From: Gekko japonicus
Lineage: Eukaryota
Direction of reading: 5' to 3'
NCBI RefSeq assembly: GCF_001447785.1
Contig: NW_015161414.1
Location: forward strand, 154,768 to 218,767
Length of the DNA stretch: 64,000 nucleotides
How positions within the stretch are numbered: position 1 is the first letter of the stretch; the number at the start of each line of letters is the position of its first letter. A program made the position numbers and the translations under genes. Under the pieces are notes generated by a model, which was not told the origin of the DNA, made no database searches, and saw only the letters and a list, made by a program, of their open reading frames with translations. Of this stretch, positions 50,926 to 63,741 are shown piece after piece.

Positions 50926-53485
50926 TGTTGTATACTGCCCTAGACCGCTCATGAAGTCTAGTTCACACATGGCCTTGCGAATAGGCAAAGCTTCGCTTCT
51001 AGAGACAATAACCAGCGCGGATCCTAGAATGGACCTATCGGGAAGTCAGGATCCGGAGACAGACCTATGGGATTTGGGGTGCACTGTAAATAAACCAATC
51101 ACGGGTGTGGGTGTGTGTTGGGGTGTGGTCAGCAACAGGGATTTAAGCAGGCCTCGGGTTCGGGTTTCTCTGTCTTGTATCTTGGAGCTGAAATAAACTA
51201 TGAGCTGGTGAAGGAACTGCTAATGTCCAATACAGTCCTCGCACACTTCGATAAATCCCTTCCTGTGGTTCTAGTGTGCGACGCTTTACCATACAGGGTA
51301 GGGGCAGTCCTGGGGCACTGGCTTGTAGATGGGTGGGAAGTTCCCATCGCTTACTATTCATGCACCCGAGCGCAACTATGCACAAATAGACAAAGAGGCC
51401 CTGGCTATCTTGGCTGGTGTAAAACAATTCCATGATTACCTGTATGGTCGGGCCTTCACGGTAGTCACTGACCACAAACCCCTCTTGGGGTTGCTCACCC
51501 CAGACTGCCAGACCCCACAGATGCTGTCCCCCCAGGTTCTTCGTTGGTCCATCTTCTTGGCCGGGTACCAGTATGTGCGTGTTCACTGACCCAACAAGGT
51601 GATGGGCCATGCCGACGCACTCGGCTGCCTTCCACTGCTGGCCTGCGACCCCGATCTGGCCCCAGGACACCAGATCACCCTGCTGGAGGAACTGCCCAAC
51701 CACCTGGTTCAGGTTCCCGAGGTGTCCCTTCACACCGCCCGGGACTGCCTCCTGTCCCGTGTCTTGGACTGGGTGGGGAGGGGTTGGCCCACCAATTCAG
51801 AGGGCCCCGAATTCACGGCATTCTCATCTCAGTGGAATGAGTTGTCATTGTACAAGGGCTGCCTTCTATGGGGGAGCCGGGTAGTAGTTCCTACTCCCCT
51901 GCGCTAGCACGTGCTCGTTGCATTGCATGAAACACACCCGGGGATTGTGCGCATGAAGGCTCTGGCCTGGAGCTATGTGTGGTGGTTCGGCATGGACTGG
52001 GAAATAGAACACTGGGTGAAGCACTGCCAGGCTTGCGAAGAGTCACGGCCCGAATCCCCCAGTGCCCCGGTATGGCCATGGGAATCCTCCGACAGACCAT
52101 GGGCCCGACTACACCGGGACATTGCGGGTCCCTTCCAGGGACAGATTTTCTTTATCTTGGTGGACGCCTACTCCAAATGGTTCCGGTTCCCTCCACTTCA
52201 TCTAGATCCACCATCAGAGCTATGTGGCGGATTTTCAGTACCCATGGCTTTCTGGACTCCCTGGTTACCAACAACGGGGCGGCCTTCACCTCGTCAGAAT
52301 TCCTGGACTTCGTGAGCTACTATGGGATTCAGCACATCCGCTCCGCGCCATTCCACCCTGCAACCAACAGCCAGGCTGAACACATGGTCTGAACCACAAA
52401 GGAGTCCCTATCAGTGTTCCCTCTAAAATGAGTTAGTGTGAGCTAGCTCACCATTTTTTAGTCTGTGGCTCACACATTTTTGTCTTTGCTCAGGAAGGGA
52501 TGGCTCCAGAGCAAACTGATTTATGCAGGTGCAAAATGGCTCGCTCACAACTTTAAGGCCAGTAGCTCACAAAGTAGACTTTTTGCTCACAGAACTCCAC
52601 AGCTTAGAGGGAACATTGGTCCCTATGAAGGATGGGCCAGCGGGACTGGGATTACAAGCTGGCTGCCTTTCTATTTGGTCAGCAAGTGACGCCACACACC
52701 ACCACCGGTCGCAGCCCAACCAAGCTTCTGATGGGACGACGTCTTACAACTCGACTGGATTGGCTACATCCCGATCAAGCCCCGGAACACAGTGCAGCTC
52801 TGGAGAACTAGGAAGCCCCATGCAGGTTCTTTCCAGGGGACCAAGTGTATGCTAGGAACTATGCCCAGGGTCCCGCATGGATACCAGCCAGGATGGTTAG
52901 GGTCATGGGCCCCTTGTCCTACGACGTCTTGGCGGACGACAGCCAGCTGCTGAAAAGGCACATCGACCAGCTACGTTGCCGGCTCCTCCCGGCGGACCAG
53001 GACATGCCAGAGGACAGTGAGGACGAGTACCCGATCCCCGATCCCAACGACATGAGGGAGGCCGAGGCATCCGCCCAAGCCCTACAGCGCCCAAGCACAT
53101 CTTCCGAAGCTGACAACGAAGGCATGACAGTGACGGCCCGTGACCCAGAGGCCAGGAACACCCCAGCCTCAGCTGGGCTCCCAGAAACCCCAGCGGACCT
53201 TCCTGCACCAGGGCCAGAGCAGCCCGTCCCAGCAACCGAGCTCCACCTCTCGACCCGGGAACAGAAAAAGCCAGCCTACCTAAGGGACTATGTGTGCTAG
53301 GAAGGTCCGAACTTTGGGGGGGGGGGGTTATATACTGTCTTAGACCGCACACGCGGTCCAGTTTGCACATGGCCTTGTGAATAGGCAAAGCTTCGCTTCT
53401 AGAGACAATAGCCAGCGTGGATCCTAGAACGGACCTATCAGGAAGTCAGGATCTGGAGATAGACCTATGGGATTTGGGGTGCACT
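50926..53485 (+). mobile_element. Internally deleted, pseudogenised Gypsy/Ty3 LTR retrotransposon (RNase H and integrase remnants)
   Basis: LVCDALPYRVGAVL, ERNYAQIDKEALAI, VVTDHKPLLGL, LHETHPGIVRMK...CQAC (HHCC), SAPFHPATN; stops and frameshifts; poly-G PPT 53316-53327; LTR copies 50926-51085 and 53326-53485. Confidence 0.93.
52412..52618. mobile_element. hAT-type MITE inserted in the Gypsy integrase
   Basis: TIR CAGTGTTCCCTCTAA...TTAGAGGGAACATTG; perfect 8-bp TSD GTCCCTAT; repeated GCTCAC motifs. Confidence 0.9.
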
Positions 53486-53854
53486 CGGATCATTTCGTAG
53501 AAAAATAGGTGCAGGAGCTTATTAGCATAACTCATTAGCGTAACTCATTTGCATATGCCACACACCCTGACATCACCGGAAGTGTGTCAGAAGGCAGCAC
53601 CCACTGCTCAGGCTCTACTGGAGTGTTTTGGATTGCTATTGGGGGGGGGGGAACGTGCAGATCTGTCCTCGCAGAGAAGGGAGTAAAGGTGCCACTGGAC
53701 TGTTTTGGACCGGGGGGGGGGGGGCTCTGCAGCTTACCTGGCTGCTTCTTGCTCTGACTGAGGGCTGCTGGGAGTAGGGGGTGGGGTAAAAGCCCCCTGG
53801 GCTCTTTACTGCCGGAGCTCTGCTCCTGTGCGCTCCTGCAGGAAATGACCCCTG
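53486..53854. mobile_element. hAT-type MITE, inverted homologue of 32823-33215, truncating the Gypsy 3' LTR
   Basis: Ends GAAATGACCCCTG; internal homology to the 32823 copy; left TIR damaged. Confidence 0.8.
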
Positions 53855-54403
53855 ACTTTACTCGAAATTGGGCCAACAAAGAATAACATCTGGTTTAGAA
53901 CGGTAATGTGAACAGGGCCACAATGAGTGTGACTGGCTCAAGGTCACCCAGTGAGCTTCCATGGCAGAGTGGGGATTCAAACCTGGGTCTCCCAGATCCT
54001 AGCCAGGCAGTCTAACCACGTCACCAGGCTGGCTGTCATCTTCTTGAGTGGAACAACTTCCTCCTGAACAAATCCGCTGCCTTCCACTCTGATGGGGATC
54101 TCAGCAAGGCTGCCTCCACCAAAACTTTGATTTGTTTCCAGAAGGCAGTGCCATCTGGCCATCAGCAAATCAGGTTATATCAAATTTTCAAGCTGTGGCA
54201 TGAAGTTCTTCATGGGCTGTTAGGAGAGCCGTCAAACTGGTACAGTTTTATGAGTTCCAATAGCACAAGCTATCAAAATGCAGATGTAGATCTTAACAGG
54301 AATTACTCAAAATATTCAGCCCATCGTTCATCAGCTGCTGTGCATCGTTTGGAACTTATCCAACACTGCTGTATTGTTCACCAATCTCTTTTTTAAAATC
54401 TTA

Positions 54404-54984
54404 NNNNNNNNNNNNNNNNNNNNNNNNNNNNNNNNNNNNNNNNNNNNNNNNNNNNNNNNNNNNNNNNNNNNNNNNNNNNNNNNNNNNNNNNNNNNNNNNN
54501 NNNNNNNNNNNNNNNNNNNNNNNNNNNNNNNNNNNNNNNNNNNNNNNNNNNNNNNNNNNNNNNNNNNNNNNNNNNNNNNNNNNNNNNNNNNNNNNNNNNN
54601 NNNNNNNNNNNNNNNNNNNNNNNNNNNNNNNNNNNNNNNNNNNNNNNNNNNNNNNNNNNNNNNNNNNNNNNNNNNNNNNNNNNNNNNNNNNNNNNNNNNN
54701 NNNNNNNNNNNNNNNNNNNNNNNNNNNNNNNNNNNNNNNNNNNNNNNNNNNNNNNNNNNNNNNNNNNNNNNNNNNNNNNNNNNNNNNNNNNNNNNNNNNN
54801 NNNNNNNNNNNNNNNNNNNNNNNNNNNNNNNNNNNNNNNNNNNNNNNNNNNNNNNNNNNNNNNNNNNNNNNNNNNNNNNNNNNNNNNNNNNNNNNNNNNN
54901 NNNNNNNNNNNNNNNNNNNNNNNNNNNNNNNNNNNNNNNNNNNNNNNNNNNNNNNNNNNNNNNNNNNNNNNNNNNNNNNNNNNN
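54404..54984. other. Assembly gap (N)
   Basis: Run of N. Confidence 1.
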
Positions 54985-55201
54985 AGAGTAACCAATGACC
55001 CAACTGATCCAAGGCTGAGAAACTAAACTAGTCTCACGGTTAATTAAAGTGGAGACACTACACAGGCATGAAGACAAGGCCAGCGATAACAAGGGGAGAA
55101 GCGAGAGGGAAGGAATGTGGCACCAACTTGTACACAGGTCAGGCAGGCGAACTCTAGGCTAATAAACACTATGGCAGTGTAGCTGACATTCTGCTCCCCT
55201 A

Positions 55202-55513
55202 AAGAAGAAGAAGAAGAAGAAGAAGAGATTGGATTTATACCCCACCTTTCACTTGGAGTCTCAGAGCGGCTTACAAACTCCTTTCCCTTCCTGTTGTGTC
55301 CACACTTCACTTCCCCTCCCCACAACAGACACCCTGTGAGGTGGGTGGGACTGAGAGAACTCTGACACAAACTTCTCTTTCAGGAACAGCTGTGCCAGAG
55401 CTTGTGACTGACCCAAGTCACATCAGCAGCTGCACAGGGAGGAGTGGGGAATCAAACCCGGTTCTCCCAGATTAGAGTTCGCACACTTAACCACTACACC
55501 AAACTGGCTCTCT
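55202..55513 (-). mobile_element. tRNA-derived SINE (gecko/Squam3-like) with (TTC)n tail
   Basis: Reverse complement of the 18807 family; (GAA)n at 55202-55225. Confidence 0.88.
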
Positions 55514-55768
55514 CCCGGCTAGCTTGAGAACACAGGATTTTTAACCACGGATGAGTTTTTCCAGATTGGATTGACTGCTATGGGCATATTTCCCACAAGA
55601 TATGGAAGGTGGTGGTGGGGAGAAATAGATTTGCATGCTACAGTACAAAGAGGGAAACCTGTCTTTGGATGCTCCGCTCTGGTTGATGCATGTGGGGTTT
55701 TCTCTTTGGACAAAGAGTAACCCTCTTACCAGCTAGAAAGCTACGGGTATATATGACTCTAGAAGGGG

Positions 55769-55997
55769 AAACCCACCACAGATACTCCCACTCTAGAATC
55801 GCTGAAGGGCAATAAGCCGTATCTCATCAGGACTTCTGCAATGCAGGGCGGTTGAAATTCTCAATAGAATATCACAAAGCCAGGTCTCAAACCCACCACA
55901 GATACTCCCACTCTAGAATCGCTGAAGGGCAATAAGCCGTATCTCATCAGGACTTCTGCAATGCAGGGCGGTTGAAATTCTCAATAGAATATCACAA
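55769..55997. repeat. Perfect 109-bp direct duplication (period 120)
   Basis: 55769-55877 is identical to 55889-55997; 11-bp spacer. Confidence 0.95.
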
Positions 55998-56174
55998 TCC
56001 AGCCAGCTGCCAGCTGGTTTACACCACCAAGTGGCAAGGGGACCAGGTAGAGGCCGGCACCCACATGTGTCCTGTTATCTTGCCACTCTGCAGTTTTACC
56101 CCCAGCAGGCAGACTGGGGAAGGGATTAATCAGGTTCCCTTGCTCGAAAGCCAGTCGAGTCCAACTCTAGGGTT

Positions 56175-56318
56175 AACATAAGAACATAAGAACATAAGAA
56201 CATAAGAACATAAGAACATAAGAACATAAGAACATAAGAACATAAGAACATAAGAACATAAGAACATAAGAACATAAGAACATAAGAACATAAGAACATA
56301 AGAACATAAGAACATAAG
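56175..56318 (-). repeat. CR1 3'-terminal octamer array, 18 x AACATAAG
   Basis: Perfect tandem array adjoining the CR1 3'UTR. Confidence 0.95.
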
Positions 56319-58885
56319 AAATGCCAATGTTGGATCAGGCCAAAGGCCCATCCAGTCCAACACTCTGTATCCCACAGTGGCCAGAAATACCAGTGCCATC
56401 AGGAAGTCCACCAGTGGGGCCAGGACATTAGAAGCCCTCCCACTGTTGACCCCCCCAAGCACCAAGATGACAGAGCATCACTTGCCCCAGAGTCCCTATC
56501 TATAGCTTGTGGCTAATAGCCACTGATAGACCTCTGCTCCATATGCTTATCTAATTCCCTTTTGAAGCCGTCCATGCTTGTAGCTGCCACCACTTCCTGT
56601 GGCAGTGAATTCCAAGTGTTAATCACTCTTTGGGTGAAGAAGTACTTCCTCTTATCCGTAACCCGACCGCTCAGCAATTTCATGGAGTGCCCACGGGTTC
56701 TTGTATTGTGAGAAAGGGAGAAAAGTACCTCTTTCTCTACCTGCTCTTTCCCATGCATAATCTTATAAACCTCAATCATGTCACCCCTCAGTCGTCGTTT
56801 CTCCAAGCTAAAGAGCCCTAAGCGCCTTAACCTTTCCTCATAGGGAAAGTGTTCCAACCCTTTTATCATTCGAGTTTCCCTTTTCTGCACTTTCCCCAAA
56901 GTTATAATATCCTTTTTAAGGTGTGGTGACCAGAATTGCACACAGTATTCCAGATGAGGTCGCACCATTGATTTATATAGCGGCATTATGATATTGGCTG
57001 ATCTGTTTACAATACCCTTCCTAATAATCCCCAGCATAGCATTGGCCTTCTTTATTGCAGTCACACACTGTCTCGACATTTTCAGTGAGTTATCTACTAC
57101 AACTCCAAGATCTCTCTCTTGATCAGTCTCTGCCAGTTCAGACCCCATCAACGTGTATTTATAGTTAGGATTTTTGGCTCCAATGTGCATCACCTTGCAC
57201 TTGGCCACATTGAACCCCATTTGCCATGTTGACGCCCACTCGCCCAACTTTGACAGATCCCTTTGGAGTGCCTCACAATCCTCACTGGTTTTCACCACCC
57301 TGAACAACTTCGTATCATCCGCAAATTTAGCCACTTCACTGCTTACTCCCAACTCCAAATCATTAATGAACAAGTTAAAAAGCAGTGGACCAAGTACTGA
57401 TCCCTGTGGTACCCCACTGCTTACACCCCTCCACTGGGAGAACTGCCCATTTATACTCACTCTCTGTTTTCTATTAATTAGCCAGTTTTTGATCCATAAA
57501 AGGACTTGTCCTTTTATCCCATGATTTTTGAGCTTACTTAGGAGCCTTTGATGAGGAACTTTATCAAAAGCTTTCTGGAAGTCAAGGTAAACAATATCTA
57601 TTGGATCCCCCTTGTCCACATGTTTGTTCACCCCCTCAAAGAACATTAACAGGTTAGTGAGACAAGATCTTCCCTTACAGAACCCATGTTGAGTCTGCCT
57701 CAATAGGTTTTGTTCATCTATGTGCCTACTAATTCTTTCCTTAATAATGGTTTCCACCAATTTACCCGGTATCGACGTCAGACTGACTGGCCTGTAATTT
57801 CCCGGATCTCCTCTGGAACCCTTTTTAAAGATGGGAGTGACATTAGCTACCTTCCAGTCCTCAGGAATGGAGGCTGATTTTAAGGAGAGATTACATATTT
57901 TTGTCAGGAGATCCACAAGTTCACAATTGAGTTCTTTCAGAACTCTTGGATGTATGCCATCTGGGCCTGGTGATTTATCAGTTTTTAAGTTGTTTATCAG
58001 TTTTAGGACCTCCTCTCTCGTCACCTCAATCTGACTCAGGTCTTTCAACACCCCTCCCGAACTCAGCGGCTCTGGAGTGGGCAAGCACCTCTCATCTTCC
58101 ACAGTGAAGACGGAGGCAAAAAATGCATTTAGCTTCTCAGCCATTTCCCTATCATCCTTCAGTACTCCTTTTACCCCTTGGTCATCCAAGGGCCCCACTG
58201 CCTCCCTGGCTGGTTTCCTGTTTCTAATGTATTTGAAGAAAGTTTTATTGTTGGTCTTTACATTTTTTGCTATATGCTCCTCATATTCCCTTTTTGCATG
58301 CCTGACCACAGACTTGCATTTTATTTGCCATAGCCTGTGTTCTGTTTTATCAGCCTCACTGTGACTAGCTTTCCACCGCTTAAAGGAATCCTTTTTACCT
58401 TTTACAGCTTCCATTACTTTGTTTGTTAACCATGTAGGCTTTTTCTTATACCTGTTTGTGCCTTTCCTAACCTGCGGAATATATTTTATTTGAGCTTCTA
58501 GAATTGTAGTTTTAAACAGTTTCCAAGCTTCCCCAATGGTTTTGACCCTTTCTACTTTTCCCTTCAGTTTCCTCCCCACATGTCCCCTCATATCAGAAAA
58601 ATTACCCCTTTTAAAGTTAAAAGTGGTTGTGTGAGTCTTTTTGGCCAATTCCCTATTTGTACAAATGTTGAACTCAACAACATTATGATCACTGTTCCCA
58701 AGCGGTGCAATCACTTTTACATCTCTCACCAGGTCTTGAGTGTTACTTAGGACCAAATCAAGGATCACCTCTCCCCTGGTAGGTTCTGTGACCATCTGCT
58801 CCATAGCACAGTCATTTAGAGTGTCTAGAAACACAATCTCTTTCTCTAGACTAGAACACATATTGACCCAATCAATGTGTGGGTA
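56175..58885 (-). mobile_element. CR1 LINE, 5'-truncated, with uninterrupted ORF2 (partial APE endonuclease plus RT; stop at 56513)
   Basis: ~790-aa open frame with LDLVL/SDH, NYRPVSLTS, LDFQKAFDKV, GVPQGSVLGP and FADD; 3'UTR; octamer tail; GTTAAC TSD. Confidence 0.96.
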
Positions 58886-60208
58886 GTTAACGGTGCTCAT
58901 CTCCGTTTCAAAGCCAAAGAGCCAGCGCTGGCCGAAGATGTTTCCGTGGTCATGTGGCTGGCATGACTAAACACCAAGGTGCACGGAACGCTGTTACCTT
59001 CCCACCAAAGTGGTACCTATTTATCTACTTGCAATTTCTTGCTTTCAATCTGCTAGGTTGGCAGGAGCTGGAACTAGAGACGGGAGCTCACTCTGTCATG
59101 TGGCAACTCGGGTCTCGAACTGCTGAACTACTGACCTTCCACAGCCTGCAGTTCAGTGTCTTAACCACTTGAGCCACCGCAGCTCCTAAATGACTAGACT
59201 GATATTCAATTTTCAATACTTACCTTGAATAACACATGGCCTGTTGTACTGCCTAACTTGGAACTGTTGTTGTTGTTATGATTATTATTTTATTATTTTA
59301 TACAATTCTCTTTATTGTTAATATTACTTGTTCTTATCGTTGTTAATGAAAATAATAAAAATGTTTATATAAAAAAAGAAACTCTGCATCTACAATGGTT
59401 AACATTTACTTGACTAAGGATTGTAGTGTGTGTGTGCGTATCTTGACTGTAGACATACACACACATGCACAGACCATAATCTTAACCTCTACATTGTGGG
59501 AAAAGGGAGAATAGTTGGGTTTTAAAAAAAGTTTTTGAAAGTGTAGTCCAAAATTTGCAACACAGCAATACTTAGCTCAGATCAGGCATACACTATATAA
59601 ACTATTAAAATTGTCTGTGCACTTTGAAAATGCAGATATCATGTCAATTATTTCAGTCACTACAAACATTTGCAAAATGACATTGTTAATACTCACTAAC
59701 AACAACACATTTCAGAAGAGTCAAGTCAATTACCAGTTATTATATTGTAAAGCATCTATAAACACAAAGGCTATTTATTTTCACTCCATATGTTCCTTAG
59801 AAACAGCTCTCAGTGCTCATAGTGAAAAGGCTTGATATATCCCCACAATGCCTCTGTGGTGCTGGACTAGTATATCTGGATAAACTTCTGATGTCCTATT
59901 GCAGAAACTCGATTTTAGAGCAGTTTCAAAGAACTTCGGTATTACTTATCATTGTCTTATCCATTGCCATCTTCTCAAGACACACTGAAACTGCTTGTAG
60001 TGTGAATGATCTGAAAGAAAGCTACAACCCAACAGTTTATGATAACAGGATGAGAAAGTGCAAGGCTTCCTGTTATGTGTGTGTGACAGACGTAGATAAG
60101 TGGAGAGGCCAAAACAGGAAATTCTCCTTACTTCTGCAGAGTGACTTGTCTAAAGCTCAGGAACCATCTTAGATTGAAGTGTTAGCATGACGTGCTGCTG
60201 ATCAAACC

Positions 60209-60474
60209 ATGGGTGACATGATGAAGAAGAATGTGGAGGAGGACGAGCCTCCCGCACCTTTGGAAAATGGATGTTCCAGAAACATGGGGGAGCTTGTGGA
60301 ATTCTCCAACAGTGACAGGGTTAAATTTGACGACACAGGCTTATCCATGTTGCTGCAAAGTGGGTTGGAGAACCTCCGGCTGGAAAACTCTCTCACAGAT
60401 GTTACCCTGTGCGTGGACAACATGAAATTCTCATGCCACCGTGTGGTCCTTGCAGCAGCAAGCAATTATTTTAG
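60209..60474 (+). CDS. KLHL6: KLHL6 first coding exon (start of BTB domain); gene continues beyond the window
   Basis: MGD...VKFDDTGLSMLLQSGLENLRLENSLTDVTLCVDNMKFSCHRVVLAAASNYFR matches recalled KLHL6; ACCATGG Kozak; donor AG|gtaagg; divergent from KLHL24 as in mammals. Confidence 0.94.
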
Positions 60475-60879
60475 GTAAGGGGCCTTTAAAATTTACTATT
60501 TCAGCTGGAATTTCAAGGGCAAACTTTGAAAATTAGGTAACACGGATGGGAATGCGAATTTTTTCACATCGATTTCTCTTTACTTATACAAGTTACCAAA
60601 GTGCATAGATCGGTGGTATAACAGTAGAAATTTATAGCCAAACTTCAGATTTTATATTCATCTACTTTTCAAGGTTATGGGAGTATTCATGGTGAACACT
60701 AGGTAACCTTCCTTTAATTTGGTTTCATGTGTGGAAGCTGGATGACTTTTTAAAATTGAACTGTTTAAATGTGGGAGACAATGTGTTGTGTAAATCATCA
60801 AGGATGGGAAAGAATTGTGTTCAGGGTCCTATATGTCATCATTCTCTCTCTTTTTTAAAAATCATCATCACTAATTGTA

Positions 60880-62870
60880 CCGGAAAGCAAAGAAAACCAA
60901 CCCTTTGGTTAACCATGGAGCTGGGTGACTTGAAGAGGGCACAGAGATATCTAGAGAGCTACTGGTGGAAATATTTGAGTAAATCTGACAGACTGTATTA
61001 TACAGCTCATTTGAAGGTATATGAGGCAGCAGTGAAGGCAGCAAAGAAAACTTAATTCTCTATTACCATCATAGCAACTAGTTCATGACCTGCTCAGTTG
61101 TTTAACTCACTCAGTTAACACTTGCTAACTCCTAGATCTGAGTTGTTAACTTCGCAGGACCTGATGATTAGTTGTGACACTTTTGCAAAGTCTTCTTCTC
61201 TTTTTTTGCAAATAAAATCTCTCAAATATGTTTGGATTTGGATGCCAGTTGGAATATAGCTCAGTCACTAGAAGTGCCCAGTGCATCAACTGGTCCATTT
61301 ATGGATAATTTTGACTGAGTTACCATGGAGGATGTTCACAGGATCTTCTGATTTGTGAAGGCCATCACTTGTACTCTGGATCCCTGTCTATCCTGCTTGC
61401 CAAAATGTTGTAAGGATCACATCAATGAGCCCCTGATGTTCATTATAAATCAATCAGTTACTCAGGGCACCTTTCGTCAGTCATTAAAAGAGATGGTTAT
61501 CTGTCTACTACTTAAGAAGACCATCAATAGAGAAGAATGTTGTGGCCAATTACTATCAGTCTCTTATTTGTTCTTTTAGGGCAAAAGTGACTGTCAGAGT
61601 GGCTGCAGGACAGGTCTTCTTGGACAAGGCTGTACCTCTTATCTGATTTATCTGCTGCCTTTGATATTGTGGACAATACTATCTTGTCAAAATGTTGGGA
61701 GGTAGAAGTAGGCATCAGAGGATTTGGTTTGGATTGGTTTAAATCCTTCCTTAGGGATCAGACTCATAGGGCTGTTTTTGGAGAACAATTTTCATCAGTG
61801 TGGGGCATCCTGTGGGGTACCTCAAGGCTCAGTCTTATCTCCTGTGCTGTTTCTATGTAAAGCCCTTAGGAATAATCATTTGTAGTTTTGGAGCTGGGCG
61901 TCACCCAGGCCTGCAGCCAGGATTTTTTAATTCGGGGGGCCTTTAAATAAGTCAGGGTGCACCCCACACACACAACCCCAAGGGAGTGCCTAGGCTGGAT
62001 GGGAAGTCAGGGAGCCTTGGTGGGAAGTCAGGGGGCCGGGCCCTGAGATGCCCCACTGTAGCTACGGGCCTGGTGTCACCAGTATGCTGATGATACCCAG
62101 CTCCGCATTTCTTTGTCCAAACCACCCAGCACTGAGCCAGTGCCTGGCTGCTGTGATTTAATGGTTAAAGGTGAACAAGCTGAAACTGAATCCTGAGAAG
62201 ACAGAGGTGATGCTCAGTTGGGAAGGCACTGAGCTTCCCACATATGATAGCATTCAATTGACCCTTCTTTACTCAGTTAAGAGTCGAGGGGTCCTATTGG
62301 ACCAAGCTTTATTGCTCTTGAATTTAATTCAGCAGCAAAAGTGCTTTCTGCCGTCTTCATTTAGATCAGAGGACAGCTCCCTTCCTTGACCAGGCAGGTC
62401 TGGCCACATGGATTCAGTAACTTTGAGGATAGACTAATGCACTCTACATGGGTCTACCCTCAAAGACAACCCAGAAACTTCAGCTGGTGCAGAATGCTGC
62501 AGCTCAATTATTGTCAGGAACTAGGTGATGCAAAGGCAGGCAATGGCAAACCACCTTGGAATGTCTCTTGCCTTAAAAACCCCACAGGGTCGTCATAAGT
62601 CAGCTGTGACTTGACGCCCCCCCCCAAAGTGAAGTAACCCCTGTTCTGCAGTCCTCTGTTGGTTACTGATTTTAAATTACAAGCTTAGGAATGTAGGGGT
62701 TCCTTCCCATTTTTTCCTCACAGCGTTCCTATGAGGGAGCTTAGGGTGAAACTGCATTACTATTCAAGGTACTGAAATCACCTACAAAGCCCTTCATGGC
62801 CTAAGAACCAAATATCTAAAAGACCATCTCCCTTGATAAGCCCCACTGTGATAGCTGTGCTAACCTGAGC
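60880..62870 (+). mobile_element. Old degenerate L2 LINE in KLHL6 intron 1
   Basis: TCTLDPC, DLSAAFDIVDN, LDWFKSFL, HQYADDTQL, NKLKLNPEKTE, KLQLVQNAA; many stops. Confidence 0.8.
61906..62072. mobile_element. hAT-type MITE inserted just before the L2 YADD motif
   Basis: CAGGCCTGCAGC...GCTACGGGCCTG; 8-bp TSD gcgtcacc/gtgtcacc. Confidence 0.75.
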
Positions 62871-63454
62871 GCAGACAAAATGTTGGGTCAGTGTTGCTGA
62901 ATTTGCAAGAAGAACCATTATTTTCTAAAAACGAAAGGTCATGTTTACCCCTAACAAGAAACCCCTGTTCGTTTAAATTATTTGCACTCTGCAATCCAAG
63001 TCTAATAACTATAACCACTATGCCACACTAACTGTCCAATTAAGCACTTTTTTATTGATCTACCTGTGATTATGCACCTACATTTTAATCTTCTAGAGAG
63101 ACTAACCTGAGGAAACATGTTACATATATATCTACCCATAGGAAGTAGTACAATGCACCAGCATTTTTAATTTTGAATGGGGGGACTTTAAATTTCAGAA
63201 CATTATTTTTCTTCAATTAATTTTAATGGGATTTTCATTAAAATGTGGGCATATATTAAAAGTTCTGTCACTCAATTTAAAAAAATCATCAGTTAGAGAG
63301 CAATCCTAAGCAGATTTGTGCAGAACCCTACCCAGGTCTCTTTGTTTGTACTTCCAGGAAAGTGTTCTTAAGATTCCACCACTAAATGTTTAAGTTCAGT
63401 GGACTAACTAATGGGTTAAACCTCTATAAGTTTACCTGTGAAAAACAACAGTTA

Positions 63455-63741
63455 AGAAGAAGAAGAGGAGGAGGAGAAGATTGGATTTATACCCTGCCCT
63501 TCACTACCCAAAGGAGTCTCAGAGTGGCTTACAATCTCCTTTCCCTTCCCCTTCCCACAACAGACACCCTGTAAGGTAGATGGGGCTGAGAAAGAGGTCT
63601 TTCAAGGACTGCCCTTGAGAGAACAGCTCTGAAAGAACTTGTGACTGACCCAAGGTCACACCAGCAGCTGCATGTGGAGGAGTGGGGAATCAAACCCGGT
63701 TCTCCCAGATTAGAGTCTGCACACCTAACCACTACACCAAA
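63455..63741 (-). mobile_element. tRNA-derived SINE (gecko/Squam3-like)
   Basis: Reverse complement of the 18807 copy, with a GAA/GAG tail. Confidence 0.88.

Larger units (their letters stand above)
56132..59187 (-). mobile_element. Sauria SINE split by a CR1 insertion (pieces ~56132-56171 and 58892-59187)
   Basis: ccagtcgagtccaactctaggg|ggtgctcatctcc...ggtcatgtggctggcatgact...gttaccttccc...ggtacctatttatctact matches the recalled Sauria SINE consensus. Confidence 0.85.

Noticed and set aside
51143-53388. Gypsy ORFs as a domesticated gene, and their long antisense ORFs
   Set aside because: Multiple stops, frameshifts and a MITE insertion show neutral decay; the antisense frames reflect GC content.
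54331-55092. Long ORFs full of X
   Set aside because: Artefacts of translating the N gap.
55523-55720. Peptide RWWWGEIDLHAT resembling the DIRS WG.P.IDLFA motif
   Set aside because: One weak motif only; no supporting RT, RNase H or tyrosine-recombinase sequence is visible.
55769-56318. Direct repeats that superficially resemble a CRISPR array
   Set aside because: Vertebrate DNA; no unique spacers and no cas genes.
56130-56465. 111-aa ORF with repeated LMFLCSYV
   Set aside because: Translation of the CR1 octamer tail.
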